Origin: Octopus bimaculoides | Lineage: Eukaryota | Direction of reading: 5' to 3' | DNA: 64,000 nt | Assembly (NCBI RefSeq): GCF_001194135.2 | Contig: NC_068985.1 | Location: 78,370,970 to 78,434,969 of the forward strand | In this document: positions 36,977-49,920 of the stretch, in pieces | Position numbering within the stretch: the first letter of the stretch is position 1 | Layout of the letters: each line of letters starts with the position of its first letter | Notes under the pieces: generated by a model | Databases searched by the model: none | What the model saw: the letters and a program-made list of their open reading frames with translations, nothing else | What the model was told of the DNA's origin: nothing | Translations under genes and position numbers: made by a program

Positions 36977-39900
36977 AAGAGAGAANNNNNNNNNNNNNNN
37001 NNNNNNNNNNNNNNNNNNNNNNNNNNNNNNNNNNNNNNNNNNNNNNNNNNNNNNNNNNNNNNNNNNNNNNNNNNNNNNNNNNNNNNNNNNNNNNNNNNNN
37101 NNNNNNNNNNNNNNNNNNNNNNNNNNNNNNNNNNNNNNNNNNNNNNNNNNNNNNNNNNNNNNNNNNNNNNNNNNNNNNNNNNNNNNNNNNNNNNNNNNNN
37201 NNNNNNNNNNNNNNNNNNNNNNNNNNNNNNNNNNNNNNNNNNNNNNNNNNNNNNNNNNNNNNNNNNNNNNNNNNNNNNNNNNNNNNNNNNNNNNNNNNNN
37301 NNNNNNNNNNNNNNNNNNNNNNNNNNNNNNNNNNNNNNNNNNNNNNNNNNNNNNNNNNNNNNNNNNNNNNNCGAGGAGGTTTTTCCCTCTTTCTCAAAGG
37401 TTGTCATTACTTTCGAGACACTACTTCTTGATACACCAAACATTTCGGCTGTTTTCGTTATGCAAGAGCCTGCCATACGAGCACCAACAATTTGACCTCT
37501 TTGAAAGTCCGATAGATCTGTCATTTTAAAGAATTTTAATTACTTTTTTCTGTCGGTATCTGAAAAGAAACAGCAATTTTAGCAAAACATATTAAGTAAC
37601 ACTAATAATAAATAAATAAGAAACATGAAAATAAACAAGCTTTTGACTGTTATATAGATATTTCAAAATTATGATGCTAGGCGTTTCCATTATTTTGTCC
37701 AACCCCTGTATAGGATAGTTGTGGCATAAACTGGTGCACCAAACGATTAAACAACTGTGGACCAAGAGCGACAAAGCCATCACAATACAACATTCTGATG
37801 ACAAACTGGACCTAAAACACGCTGCAGAAATCCTATGACGATTTCGTGACAAGACGCCTTTAAATAACCTTGTCTGCACTGAGGATATGCTTTAGGCAGG
37901 ATCAGATTAACCCAAGACCTGACCCATTACTGAAGCTTTCCAGTGGCCCCATCATCTGGTATCTTTGTTTCCCATGTGGATAACTCTCAGGCAGTCAAGC
38001 GGTGTGATTGAGTAATATCTGGCCACTATGTTATCATCATAAGCAATCCGTGTAGCTTTTACCGTACCCTTGTTTTGACCTTTCATTAATTCATCACCTA
38101 CACGCTCAGCCTATATAATCACATCTACGCCGATGGTTTTCGCTAAGTGCCTCCTTTGTAAGAATGGTGTTTTACAAAAGCCTCTTCCCCATGTTTTGGA
38201 AAAAAAAATGCTAATTATTCTAACCGAACAAAACCTAATTTAGTGTATTAATTATATTTTCTTATAGCATCTCATCCAGAATGTACCATTTTTTTTTCTT
38301 AGGTATTTGAGTGGTCTAGTAACCCCTATATTACATTTTTATGTTACAGAATAAAGCGATAACTTATATAACAAAATTATATTGGACCTGGACGAAACAT
38401 CAATGAAACTTCTATATACTGATAACACGATGTTCTAAGCATATTTTAATTCTAACAAAAAATTTTTTGGAAAGTATTGTACCTGGTTCCAATATTTTAT
38501 TTCTAAGATAAATCATGTCCCCACTAAAAATTTAGCATCCCTCATAGCACCTTCTTGATATTTGCCACTCTCTAATAGAACCACAACACTCTCAAGAGTG
38601 CGCTACCGTCCAAGTAAAAATCCGTTGATCTACTCTATGTTTATTGAGATAATAGCTATTGGTACGAAGGTGATGAGTGTGCAGAACCATTAGCACGTTG
38701 AGAAAAATGCTTTGCGGCATTTCGTCCATCTTTACGTTCTGAGTTCAAATTCCACCGGAGTCAACTTCACCTTTCACCCTTTCCTGAGCGATAAAATAAT
38801 TACCCGTTGAGCACTAAGGTGGATGTAATTGACTTACCTCCTCCCCGAAATTCCTGGCTTTGTGCCAAAATGTGAAACCAATATCTACCGGTATGTTATG
38901 TTCCGAAGGCACGTGGCGGCCTAATGAGTTGGATCCACAATCACAAAGTTTTTGTTTCGATTTCTAGTCTGAATGGGACACAATACTCTTTGAGTAAGAC
39001 GTTTCATTTCATGTTGCTTCAATCCACTCAGCTGAAAACGAGTACCAGTGAAGTACTGGTGCAGCCCTCTCTCTCACTAGCTGCGAGGAAGGTCGAAAGA
39101 GTATCATTGTCTACTCGCAACCAGACAGGCACCTAAAACAATAAACAAAAGCATGGTACATGCTACCAAGTCACACTCCGTTGCGAATGACAGCTTTGGT
39201 GATTTGCACTATGTTCGTAAAGAGGAAGTCGTGAGGAACTTTTGTCATTAGTTTCAGTGGGTTCTATTCTTTCACGTCTGAACACGGTGTCTCTTCATTC
39301 GACGTCCAATCACTGTGTCCATCTATCCAGTCAACATCTGCAGGCCACATCTATTCAGTCAATATATTTGTCTGGTACATCAATCTATTCGCATAAATTC
39401 CCATTGAATAAATGGGAAAAGAATTATATTCAGGTTCAGGGCCGGATTAAGACCCATAGAGGGCCCTAAACACTTAAAAGATTTTGGTGCCCTCAAGTAT
39501 ATGTAAATGGTTCAAAATGTAAACAAAAATAATTCAAAGTGTAAACGATAATAAACCATTTAAATTAATTTTTATTTTTCAAAATGAAGCAAAATTCACA
39601 GTAAAATGGAAAATAATGTTTATTTTTGTATGCTTCTATTTTATTTATATTTGAAAAGTTTTCTCCGTTTTTCCTTTAATTGCGAAGTGTTCGATGATAT
39701 CGTTTAAATTAATTTTACATAAAATTTCTGCTTCTATACTTAGTATTACGAATATTATTTTAGCAAGTTCAAAGTGACTTTTTTCATGCCGTAAACCATT
39801 TTCATTTCTATGGTGTCCTCCCCATCCCTTGATGCCCTAAGTACGTGCTTATTTTGCTTAATTGGTTAATCCAGCGCTGTTCAGGTTACACTGCGGCACA

Positions 39901-40262
39901 CCTAGCATCATCTCGTGGCACACCAGTTGCAGAGCACTGACATATTTAAAACGTACGCACTAATCAGCATTTCCCTGATATAAAATACAATCAAAACGTA
40001 ATCAAGCTCTTACCATTCAACATAACCTGTTTTCTTCTCCAGATACTCATAATTCTGAGACCAATGACGTAGAATATTTTCAATGAAATCACCTAAAAAA
40101 TAAATAATTAAATGTATAAAGTTGGTGTAATGCCCAAAATCTGAGTGTATATTCTTGCACTACGATTTGGAAATCTTTTAAACAAAAATTGCTGCGAAGC
40201 ATCTGTATATACTTGCAAACATTAACAACAGACATGTAATGGAACCATGCATACTATCAAAC

Positions 40263-40324
<62 letters not shown>

Positions 40325-41837
40325 TCTCTCCCTCTCTTTCTCGCTTTCAGACACACACATACACACACATGCACTGACATATAATCATATTTGCAAATAG
40401 ATACACTTATACGTTCACAGACTTACTAATACATCTAGGACGGTACCTGTTGCAGTATATACAAACATCCTAGAATAGTGCTTCTCAAACTATCTGATGT
40501 GACGTACCGGCAGTTTTCTTTTTTTCCTATGTGCCAGGGACCGGTAATATTTCTTAGTAATAATAATTTATACCGGAAACAATATATATAATGAATATAA
40601 TAAAAGTTGACAAATGTTTTTTAGCTTATATTTATTTTGTAAACAAATAATACAATAATACAATAAACAAATAATGTAGGAGTGGCTGTTTGGTAAGTAG
40701 CTTGCTTACGAACCACATAGTTCCGGGTTCAGTCCCACTGCGTGACACCTTGGGCAAGGGCTGACCAAAGCCTTGTGAGTGGATTTGGTAGATGGAAACT
40801 GAAAGAAACCTGTCGTATATACATATATATGTGTATATGTGTGTCTATATGTTTGTGTGTCTGTGTTTGTCTCCCCAACATCGCTTGACAACCGAGGCTG
40901 GTGTGTTTACATCCCCATAACTTAGCGGTTCGGCAAAAACGAACGATGGAATAAGTACTAGGCTTACAAAGAATACGTCCTGGGGTCGATTTGCTCGACT
41001 AAAGGCGATGCTCCAGCATGGCTACAGTCAAATGACTGAAACAAGTAAAAGGGTATTACGTAAATATTTTATGATGTCTATTTTTTTTCTTTTCTGGAAG
41101 CTCGCCGCGTACTGGTAGCTGATGACTCGCGGACCGGCACCGGTCCGCGGACCACCACTTTGAGTAGCACTGTCCTAGAAGACATCTAGAAAAGAGCCAC
41201 CCGATTGATTTAGTCCGTCAAAAGCATACTCTAGCTTCTTGTTCGCAGGTACTTGTGGTTCCCTTCTCTCTCCCTCTCTCCCCCTCTCTCTCTCTCTCTC
41301 TCACTCTTTCTCTCACTCGCTCTTTTTCTCTCACTCTCTGTTTTTCTCTCTCCATCTACCTTTTCTACTGTAACTACAATGGCATCTGCTAATCGGAGCT
41401 GGTTAGACTCATGGTGTCTCTACTCAGAAATTCCTGATTCTCTCGAAAAATCATCTTTGTTGTATTCACTCCTCACCACACCTTTGGGATATGTGTTTGT
41501 GTGTGTGTGTGTGTGTGTGTGAACGTGCACGCGTGTGTGACTTAGTGTTTCTGCTTGTTCATTGGTTAGTTGTTCATATTTATTGATTGGGTTGTGTTTT
41601 CTGGCTTCTTCATTGATTGTTTGTGCTATTTTGTGATATGGTGTTGCGACTGTAGATAGGATGATGTGATATTAATTTATTTAGAATTTGTGGATGAGTT
41701 CGTACTGGGTTATTCTTTGTTTCAATTTCTCTTCTTGTGAATATGCGCGCGCGAGTGTGTAAGATTTTAGATAAATACTTTTAAAGAAAGTTTGTTTATT
41801 AATGAGTTATTTGAAACAAAATAATTAAGGGCATATT

Positions 41838-41873
<36 letters not shown>

Positions 41874-42495
41874 NNNNNNNNNNNNNNNNNNNNNNNNNNN
41901 NNNNNNNNNNNNNNNNNNNNNNNNNNNNNNNNNNNNNNNNNNNNNNNNNNNNNNNNNNNNNNNNNNNNNNNNNNNNNNNNNNNNNNNNNNNNNNNNNNNN
42001 NNNNNNNNNNNNNNNNNNNNNNNNNNNNNNNNNNNNNNNNNNNNNNNNNNNNNNNNNNNNNNNNNNNNNNNNNNNNNNNNNNNNNNNNNNNNNNNNNNNN
42101 NNNNNNNNNNNNNNNNNNNNNNNNNNNNNNNNNNNNNNNNNNNNNNNNGTGGCAGTTGCAACTAACTCCGAAAGAGAAAGGGAGATAATCTCAGAAATCA
42201 AGAATTTTTCGAAACTGACCTACCATGAAGGAAAAGACATTTTTTTTTTTATGGTCTTGGGTAATTCGTATAATGGAAATAAAAATCAGCTACGAGAAAT
42301 AATTCAGTGTGGTTAGTAACTCCGTATAATTTTTGTTAGTGCAAACCACCACCAGTTTCCTGGGAATCTGTATTTACCGTTGGGTTCAGACTTGATTCTA
42401 TTTTGGTAAAAATCCAGATTCGGATGTGATACTTCGTTGAGAGCGTATAATATTTCATCGTCCTCTAGATTTGGCCCGCAATGCATTATCACAGG
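27877..42495 (-). CDS. OGFRL1: Opioid growth factor receptor (OGFr_N domain) family protein; 5 exons to the stop; OGFR vs OGFRL1 orthology unresolved; start not located
   Basis: Exons 42495-42378, 40092-40014, 36025-35956, 33378-33236 and 28042-27877 splice in phase (576 nt). The peptide contains NLDFYQNRIKSEPNGDFIENILRHW...GYVEWLFP...RSFRMMLNFFG...NPHNYEHFTRIMISL, collinear with recalled OGFr motifs NLRFYRNEI, YIQWLFP, AYELMLGFYG and HNNLRITRILKSL. Confidence 0.88.
28166..28368. repeat. Foldback element: about 70-bp imperfect inverted arms with a 63-bp spacer
   Basis: CTTACAGCTGT...ATTGATCAG at 28166-28236 versus CTGATCAAT...ACAGCTGTAAG at 28300-28368. Confidence 0.85.
29870..30158 (+). mobile_element. 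Young RTE 3'-end fragment inserted into a - strand SINE (29730-30270)
   Basis: CpG-intact UTR copy; SINE body to the left and SINE head to the right, both on the - strand. Confidence 0.7.
30540..30901 (+). mobile_element. RTE 3'-end fragment with three 66-bp tandem units
   Basis: 34-bp conserved block at 30569, 30635 and 30701; (GAT)n tail. Confidence 0.75.
33236..33378 (-). CDS. OGFRL1: OGFr-like exon (MMQNDINIQKRYLRSFRMMLNFFG...FCHLQ)
   Basis: tttttcag|ATG...AA|gtatgt; 143 nt, phase 0-2. Confidence 0.9.
33801..34136 (+). mobile_element. tRNA-derived SINE family C, full length (partial copies about 18960-19200, 38900-39135, 48345-48590)
   Basis: TGGCTCAGTGGTTAGAGC A-box, GAGTTTGAATCC B-box, then GTTCTTGAGCAAGACACTT body. 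Confidence 0.85.
35956..36025 (-). CDS. OGFRL1: OGFr-like exon (LFPTPEDTTPHKYSSPLTSYESR)
   Basis: ttgcag|G...CGT|gtaagt; 70 nt, phase 2-0. Confidence 0.88.
36614..36743. repeat. Perfect 17-bp minisatellite (AAAGTGAAAGAGAAGAG) x about 7.5
   Basis: Direct reading. Confidence 0.95.
37372..37708 (-). mobile_element. Tc1-like transposon 5' end, running into a gap
   Basis: TA-CAGGGGTTGGACAAAATAATGGAAAC TIR; MTDLSDFQRGQIVGAR...AEMFGVSRSSVSKVM HTH. Confidence 0.85.
39437..39879. mobile_element. hAT-type MITE
   Basis: TIRs CAGGGCCGGATTAA / TTAATCCAGCGCTG; perfect 8-bp TSD TTCAGGTT. Confidence 0.85.
40014..40092 (-). CDS. OGFRL1: OGFr-like exon (DFIENILRHWSQNYEYLEKKTGYVE)
   Basis: tttttag|GT...TG|gtaaga; 79 nt, phase 1-2. 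Confidence 0.9.
40476..41172. mobile_element. hAT-type MITE interrupted by a SINE
   Basis: TIRs TAGTGCTTCTCAAA / TTTGAGTAGCACTG; perfect 8-bp TSD TCCTAGAA; SINE at about 40676-41052 inside. Confidence 0.85.
40676..41052 (+). mobile_element. SINE family A, full length
   Basis: Collinear with 1413-1818. Confidence 0.85.
42378..42495 (-). CDS. OGFRL1: OGFr-like exon (PVIMHCGPNL...NLDFYQNRIKSEPN)
   Basis: Long pyrimidine tract, tctcacag|CCT...G|gtaaat; 118 nt, phase 0-1. Confidence 0.88.
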
Positions 42496-42649
42496 CTGTG
42501 AGACAGAGAGAAAGAGATAGAAAAAAATGTGAAATAAAGAAATAAAGCATAACTGGCTTGATAACAATATTTTTGGATTTTAAATAAGAAGTACAATTTG
42601 AGAGAATGTTAATATATGTGGCAATGGATATTTGCCTGACAGTAAACTT

Positions 42650-43265
42650 TTATTTGAAGAGATGAGTGACAGGTTCCTTCAGTAGGCGAGCAACTTATTA
42701 AAAAGGTTCTCATACCAGATTTGGTCAATACAAGATCCATCTTTTTTGCGGAATAGAATGTTGTGCTGATAAACATCATGTTTAAGAGACATAAGACTTG
42801 TCAGTCCACCTCATGGTCCCAGCGGGCAAAATGGAAAAGGCTTTAGTCCCGGAAGATTGTGAGAGAGACCCGCTGGAACAGCCACTCTGACTCACGGGGC
42901 TCGACTTGCGGAAAGTCATCTCTTCCCTGATAGCAGTATACAGGTATGTAGTCTGAGGGCCAAGAACGCCGGAGGTCTCCTTTCTGACGGAAAGAAAACC
43001 TTTGTTTTGTCTAATCTTCGATATTATTTTTTGCCCCTCATGTTAAGGAATATCCCTTGACGTTACACCTCTAACCAGGAGGTCTTGCAATAAGTAAACA
43101 ATGCCTAATGTTGAGTCTCCCCTACTGAAATCACAATTGTATTGGGTGGAACATGTGACACCTACGGGAGAAAATAAAACCTCCACGACTATACAACGAA
43201 CTAAAATTTGGAAGCTATCGAAGAAAGCATGCGAAATTCCGTTATAAGGATGTCATCAAATGCTG
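42650..43265 (+). mobile_element. Decayed RTE (BovB-like) LINE RT C-terminal fragment
   Basis: Frameshifted peptides NQEVL...MPNVESPLLKSQLYWVEHV and LYNELKFGSYRRKHAKFRYKDVIK resemble RTE LLKSQLRWAGHV...LYGEL..G.R...LRYKD. Confidence 0.65.
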
Positions 43266-43972
43266 AAATAGGTGGCCCGATAGCGAAATCTTTTTTGCCA
43301 CGAGAGTTCCGGATGCCAGTAATGAACTCATTTGCATACAGTCAATCAAAGCTCACCTTGAAAATCCACATACTGTGTACTGCTACAGTACAGCCAGTCA
43401 GGAATAGAATGGTGTACACTACTCTGTGAGTACAGCTTAGCAAGTCTTACATAAACACCACATTCCCCTCTACACAATCCTCATAGATCAATTGAGCACC
43501 ATCTCTATATAGAGCTAACATTATGTACCTATGCTCAGACTGAGATTAGTGATACTGCATGTACCCATTGATATATGCAAGGAGAGCGCAATACGACACA
43601 ACGCCATATTGACTACGATGTTTCCAGACCAACATAATCATTTAAAATTAGGAATGTACAAAATCAGTTTAAAAATTAGGAAACTACCCTCATATACATT
43701 TTCTAGTAAATTACGCAAATTGGCAACACTTATGGTATCATCGGTGAACAGCTCTCCATTCACTTTATACACTAAATTTCACATTTGTCACCCCTATTAA
43801 CCCGTTTATAACAGTTAGATTTTGCTATAACGCACATTTTCCGCATTTTCAACCAGAGTATTTTCGTAACTAGGTGGACACTACCCTATTTACATTTTAC
43901 GGATATTTGTCCTTATCTTGGTGTCTTGGGGAAATTTTGAACCTGGGTTCTCATTCTTAAGGTATTTTTCGA

Positions 43973-44003
<31 letters not shown>

Positions 44004-44028
44004 GAGTGAGAGAGCAGTGCATGCCATC

Positions 44029-44079
<51 letters not shown>

Positions 44080-44084
44080 TCACT

Positions 44085-44150
44085 GCTTGGAATCGAACTC
44101 GGAATCTTGGGGTTAATAGCCCGCGCTCTTAAGCACTACACCATATGCCC
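44085..44150 (-). pseudogene. tRNA-derived head (short SINE/pseudo-tRNA) followed by (TAA)n
   Basis: A-box-like TGGTGTAGTGCTTAAGA and B-box GAGTTCGATTCC; no intact acceptor stem. Confidence 0.6.
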
Positions 44151-44555
44151 GTGTTGTAATACAACACTTCGCAAATATCTCCTTCGAGTGAAACCACCAA
44201 TAGAAGAGAATAATACCAAAGACTGCGTGTACTCCATCCCATGCAGTTGTGGTGGGTTATACAAAGGCGAAACATGTCGCCCCCTCAAAATAAGGGTAGA
44301 CGAACATCGCAAAGCTGCGACACGAGGAGATATTGATAAATCGGGTATAGCTGATCATGTATGGAAAAATGGAGACCACCTCGCCCTGTGAGATGAAGTT
44401 AAAATAATAGACAGAGAACAGCACTAGAAAATACGAAAAATGAAAGAAGCAGCACATATGCTAAAACACAACAACCTCCTAAGCAGACCGAGTGCAGATA
44501 TGAACAGCATATGGGAACCAGTATTAAGGAAGGATAGAAGAATATTAGATTTATA
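44150..44555 (+). mobile_element. Penelope/Poseidon-like GIY-YIG endonuclease fragment
   Basis: CVYSIPCSCGGLYKGETCRPLKIRVDEHRK...SGIADHVW...KIIDRE...KEA...IWEPVL, with two in-frame stops. Confidence 0.85.
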
Positions 44556-44692
44556 AGCCCTAAAATTCACTCCATAATTATAATAACTGGTACTTATTTC
44601 ATCGACCCCGAAAGAATGAAGGTTAAAGTCGACCTCGGCAGAATTTGAACACATAAAGACAGACGAAATACCGCTAAGTATTTTATGCCTGC

Positions 44693-44794
<102 letters not shown>

Positions 44795-45132
44795 GTATGT
44801 ATGTATATGAATAAGAAAGTGTGTAAGAGATGTCATGTACAAGCGAGCTTGACTTGGTAGCATGCGCCATGCTAGTGCTAACTATTTCAGGGACTCGTGA
44901 CTTGCAAGCACACAACGACACAGATGCGTTTGGCCCAGTGGAACATTCAGAATGCCACAGCTGGAAGATGAGCAGTTTCCCCAGCTCCGGTACAGGGACT
45001 TTTTATCGACGCTGGAAGAATGAAAAGTTAAGTTGACTGAGGTGTGATTTGAAGTCGAAGTGCGGGTAGCTAGAATAAATATCGCAACTGACTGCATTAT
45101 GTATATACGTATGTATTTACGTATACATATAT

Positions 45133-45265
<133 letters not shown>

Positions 45266-45449
45266 GTATGTATGTATGTATATGTTGCCTAATATTGTAT
45301 TTTCTTCACTGCATAATTATTTCTAGTACAAGTACAACATCGATTTCCAGGAACCTTTGGTTCCAAAGCCATTCCGGATTACTGATTTTTTTCGAACCAA
45401 CGCTGGTCACACTCTAAATTAAGCAAATACTAATTTTACTGAAATACTG

Positions 45450-46340
45450 TGTTGAATCAAAAGTTTTGCAATATTTTGGTATCTTATTTGCTTTATTCGC
45501 CAAGTCACAATAAAATCAGCCTAGCATTCAAAGTGCTGCAAAGTCTGAAGCCATTTTCTGCCAATTCTTTGGCCCCAACGTTGATACTAGTTCTTGTCTT
45601 AAAGGAGAAGACCTTTTTCACAGTAGCTTCCACTTGCTCATGGTTGATGAAGCGTCACGTGTGTAAGAAGTGGGCCATGGATCGGAACAATTAATAATCT
45701 AAGGGAGCTAGGTCCGGACTATATGCTGGGTGTGGCATCAGTTCGATTCCCTCAAGTTCCTGGGGTTTATTGTGAGTCATTCGGGCCGTATGAGGTCTTG
45801 CGTTGTCTTGCTGCAGAAGAGTTCAACTTTAGTTAAACAATGCTGGGTATTTTTGCCACACGATAGCATACATCTGTGAGATGCCAAGCTCACCTGATAC
45901 TCTCCGAGCGCTACCCTTCGGATTTGCTACTTTGGCTTGGAGCACGACTTCGAAATCCACGATTTTAGACCTATCTTATATTGCCTGATCATCGAGGCTC
46001 TTGCAACCCAGTCGAAATTTCTTGAATTATATGGTTATTGTACTGTGATCAACTGCGCCTTCACCTCTCGTTGAACAAATGTTTTTGGTTACTTCTGCGG
46101 CGTTATGACCCAGTCTGAACTCGTAAAGTATAAGTTTCCTAATTTGACTACGTTGCATGTTCATCAGGGCGGCTTTCAAATCACATGCAGAGTGAAACAA
46201 TGCACGTGTCAGCGCACCAACTACCACGATACTACCAACCTCAGTGGCTACTTTCCACGGCTTTAATTACTTCGGTCACATGATATACATACCGCAAACT
46301 AGAACGTATGCAAATATTGCAAAACCTTTGACTCGCCCCA
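45450..46340 (-). mobile_element. Internally deleted mariner (DD34D-type) element
   Basis: About 25-bp TIRs (AAAAGTTTTGCAATATTT / AAATATTGCAAAACCTTT); IRKLILYEFRLGHNAAE HTH; YSPDLAPLDY motif at about 45700-45722. Confidence 0.85.
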
Positions 46341-46579
46341 TTAATTAAATAAAATGCAGGTACTTGTACACTAGTATAAATGCTACAAATTTTATTAGAA
46401 GATATTAACTAGTCTGTGAAAGATACCAGTAAATAAGTCTGGCGTCAACAGAAATTTCAAGTTCCTGATCGTAAATTAGTGCGGAATATAAGAACCATTA
46501 GTGTCTGGAAAATCGCTGTTGTACCTGTCCTCCTTTGCATCAAATACGTTAACGTGACTATAACTAAAAATTGTCTTAC

Positions 46580-46639
46580 CAAAGCATGTACGTGTCGACA
46601 ACCTTTACAGCAATAGAAAATATCTTTTTGTAATTCATC
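46580..46639 (-). CDS. Candidate upstream exon of the OGFr-like gene (DELQKDIFYCCKGCRHVHAL)
   Basis: ttttatattacag|GAT...TTG|gtaaga; 60 nt, open in phase 0-0, which fits the phase-0 acceptor at 42495; no homology recognised. Confidence 0.5.
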
Positions 46640-48710
46640 CTGTAATATAAAATAAAGACAAATGAAGAAACAAAGCTTTGAAATCAGTGAAATGTATGTG
46701 ATGATATCTCGGAACTAACAGTGAAGTTTGATGGTGTCGCTGGCCTATCTGTAATGTAGCCCATACCTGGACTATGAAAGTATAGTTGATTTACCAATAT
46801 AGTGTGATGATAGCATTGATTTATAAATCGAGTATGATGGTATGCGTAACATATGAGCCATTTGTGATAGTATGGTTGACTTATTAATGAAATATAATGA
46901 CATATTTGAGCTATGAATGAATTGTGAGTATATAGTTAACTTTCCAATGAAGTGTAATAATGGGACGGCGAATTGACCGAAGCTCTAGTGTGTCGATTAC
47001 ATTGCTTTAGAGCTGTGACTCCTTTACCATTTTTTTTTTATCATTGGGCCCCTTTGAATTCTACTTTAACTCTGGTGGACCCCCATAGCCTCTCCATGTT
47101 TAAAAACTAGTTTTATATATACTTCTTTTAAAATTCCTATCTTGTTTTTCAAACAGTAACTAGTGAAGGTTGAACTATGTAAAACATTAGAGAAAGAAAC
47201 CCAGCTGTTTCTTCCAATTAATACATCTAAAACAAAATGTTTTCGTGGACACTTAAAATACTACTGCGTGTCCCCAACTTACTAATTTGGTTCTGTACCC
47301 CCCCACACACACACAAACACACCACCACCACCACCAAAAAACAAATATCTTATATATGAACCCTTAGTGGTCATATGGACCTCAGTTGAGAATCACCGCC
47401 TTGCAGTATTCGCTCTTGCGCTCCGAGTTCAAATACCGCTGAGGACAATTTTGTTTTTCATCCTTTCAGGATCGATAAATGATGTACTGTATTTGCCGAT
47501 GCATTCTCGCACAAGGTGTAAACCTACGATACAAGTATATGTTGTCGTAAAAACAAATTTAATATGTTTCACCATGCACTTGGTATCCCGTCCATGAAAC
47601 GGACGCATTAAACGCATTGCAAATTTTTTATGTAAAATTGCTTTTCCTATAACTCGACGTAATATCAAACATTACTACACACACACCCACACACACATTC
47701 CATAAATTAATTTATAAGATCTATTTTATAAATGACATGGTATTAACTTTCTCCATATAACATAACAAGCGCGTCTTATACGCCGCCAAATACCGTACCA
47801 GTCTTATTGTGAGGATCGTTTCTTGTCTGTTGTCTATCACTCTTCGTGTAAGAAATTGACTGGTCTGGGTCCTTAAATGAGATGGACTGTGACTATATAT
47901 AAAAATAGCCAAGACAAGCCTGGTGTCACGACAACATCCCAACCACTCCACCAGATGTTGAAGGCCCCATGCCAAGGCAAGACGAGAACAACCCGCATAA
48001 CTTTTCCGCAGAATTGTATCGTTTTGTATCTATCCATTATACGTATGCACAGATATAATATCATGATATCTCGGTATAGATATGTGGACTATACACTGCC
48101 AAATAAATCAGATAGGTTGAACCCTTCATAAACCTATTTCTAGGTGCTAGATGGACGGAACTATTGAGTATATCTTCATCTTTTTTTTTTACTTGTTTCA
48201 ATCATTAGATTGCGGCCATGCTGGGGCACCGCCTTCAAGAATCTTATTCCAACAAAGTGACCCCAGTATCTTTTGTTTTTTAAGCCTAGTACTTATTCTA
48301 TCTGTCTCTTTGCCGAACCACTAAGTAAAAGACTAAAAGAGTAAAAGACACTTTATTTCACGTTGCACCAGTTCATTCAGCTATAGAAATGGGTTGCGAC
48401 GTCACTGGTGCCAAGCTAGATCGGCCTTTGCCTTTCCCTTGGATAAAATCAGTGATGTGGAGAAGGGAGGCTGGTATGTATGGTTGACTGCTGGTCTTCC
48501 ATAAACAACCTTGCTCGGACTTGTGCCTCGGAGGGGAACTTTCTAGGTGCAATCCCATGGTCATTCATAACCGAAGGGAGTCTTTACCCTTTAATATACT
48601 AAACTGGACTGGATGGTTACATTAAATATTCTAAACTTACATTCCATTTAAAAGTGCTTTGATAATAGGTCTGCTAGATCAGGGTTGGCCTGGAGTTTAA
48701 GAACAAAAAT

Positions 48711-48758
48711 AACAACCACTACAACAACAACAACTACTACAACTACTACTACTACTAT

Positions 48759-48802
<44 letters not shown>

Positions 48803-48824
48803 TTACTACTAACAATAATAATAT

Positions 48825-48885
<61 letters not shown>
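48711..48885. repeat. Compound trinucleotide microsatellite (ACA/ACT/AAT/GAT)
   Basis: Direct reading; explains the poly-T/poly-N ORF 48685..49005. Confidence 0.95.
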
Positions 48886-49539
48886 TTTTGTTGTTGTTTA
48901 GTGCCGAGATCATCCCTGATTCAACAAATCTATGATCAAAGACGTTCCAGTTATCCTCTTATAGAATCTTGCCAAAATGTAACAAGTCATGTGTTCTTTG
49001 ACTGACAGCCTTGTTTTCTTTTAATGGATGCGAATATAATGAGGTATCCAAGAAACAGTAGTTATCTCTGGCAGCATTTGAACTTAAAATGTGAAGAGCC
49101 GGAACAGATACTGCAAGGCATCCTGTCCAAAGTTCGAACAATTCTGCAGGTCCACACATTGCCCTAAACTGCAAATCTACTCATTGAATGAGGAATGATG
49201 AAAGGTAAAGTCGATCTTGGTGGGATTTGAGATGAAATAAATCACTTTTAGAAAGTCTATCGATCTCAGAGAAATTATAGACAAAGTCGAAACCAGAGTA
49301 ACATTAGTTTCAAATGTCGACAGAAGGCCAACAAGCTGGGGGGTACGGGGTAAGTCGACTCCGGTGCTCAACTGGTACTTATTTTATCGACACCATAAGG
49401 ATGAAAGGCAAAGTCCACCTCGGCTGTATTTGAACTCAGAACGTAAAGATGGATGAAATGCCGCTAAGAATTTAGCCCGGCGTGCTAACGATTCTGTCAG
49501 CTCGCCGTCTTACAAACCTGAGTAATATTAACTATGGTA

Positions 49540-49920
49540 GAGGTGCAATGGCCCAATGGTTAGGGCAGCAGACTCTCGGTCATGGGTTCGTGGTTTCGAT
49601 TCCCAGATCGGGCGTTGTGAGTGTTTATTGAGCGAAAACACCTAAAGCTCCACGAGGCTCCTGCAGGGGATGGTGGCGAACCCTACTGTACTCTTTCACC
49701 ACAACTTTTTCTCACTCTTACTTCCTGTTTCTGTTGTGCCTGTAATTCAAAGGGTCAGCCTTGTCACACTGTGTCACGCTGAATATCCCCGAGAACTACG
49801 TTAAGGGTACACGTGTCTGTGGAGTGCTCAGCCACTTGCACGTTAATTTCACGAGCAGGCTGTTCTGTTGATCGGATCGACTGGAACCGTCGACGTCGTA
49901 AGCGACGGAGTGCCAACAAC
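49540..49920 (+). mobile_element. tRNA-derived SINE family D (related 3' body at 11575-11868 - and 29730-29870 -)
   Basis: TGGCCCAATGGTTAGGG A-box, GGTTTCGATTCC B-box, body ...GTGGAGTGCTCAGCCACTTGCACG..., (AAC)n tail. Confidence 0.85.

Noticed and set aside
44085-44150. Possible tRNA gene
   Set aside because: A/B boxes are present but the acceptor stem does not pair and it runs into (TAA)n; treated as a SINE-type head.
47905-48060. Protein-like + strand frame PRQAWCHDNIPTTPPDVEGPMPRQDENNPHNF...
   Set aside because: No pyrimidine tract before the AG, no partner exons and no recognised homology.
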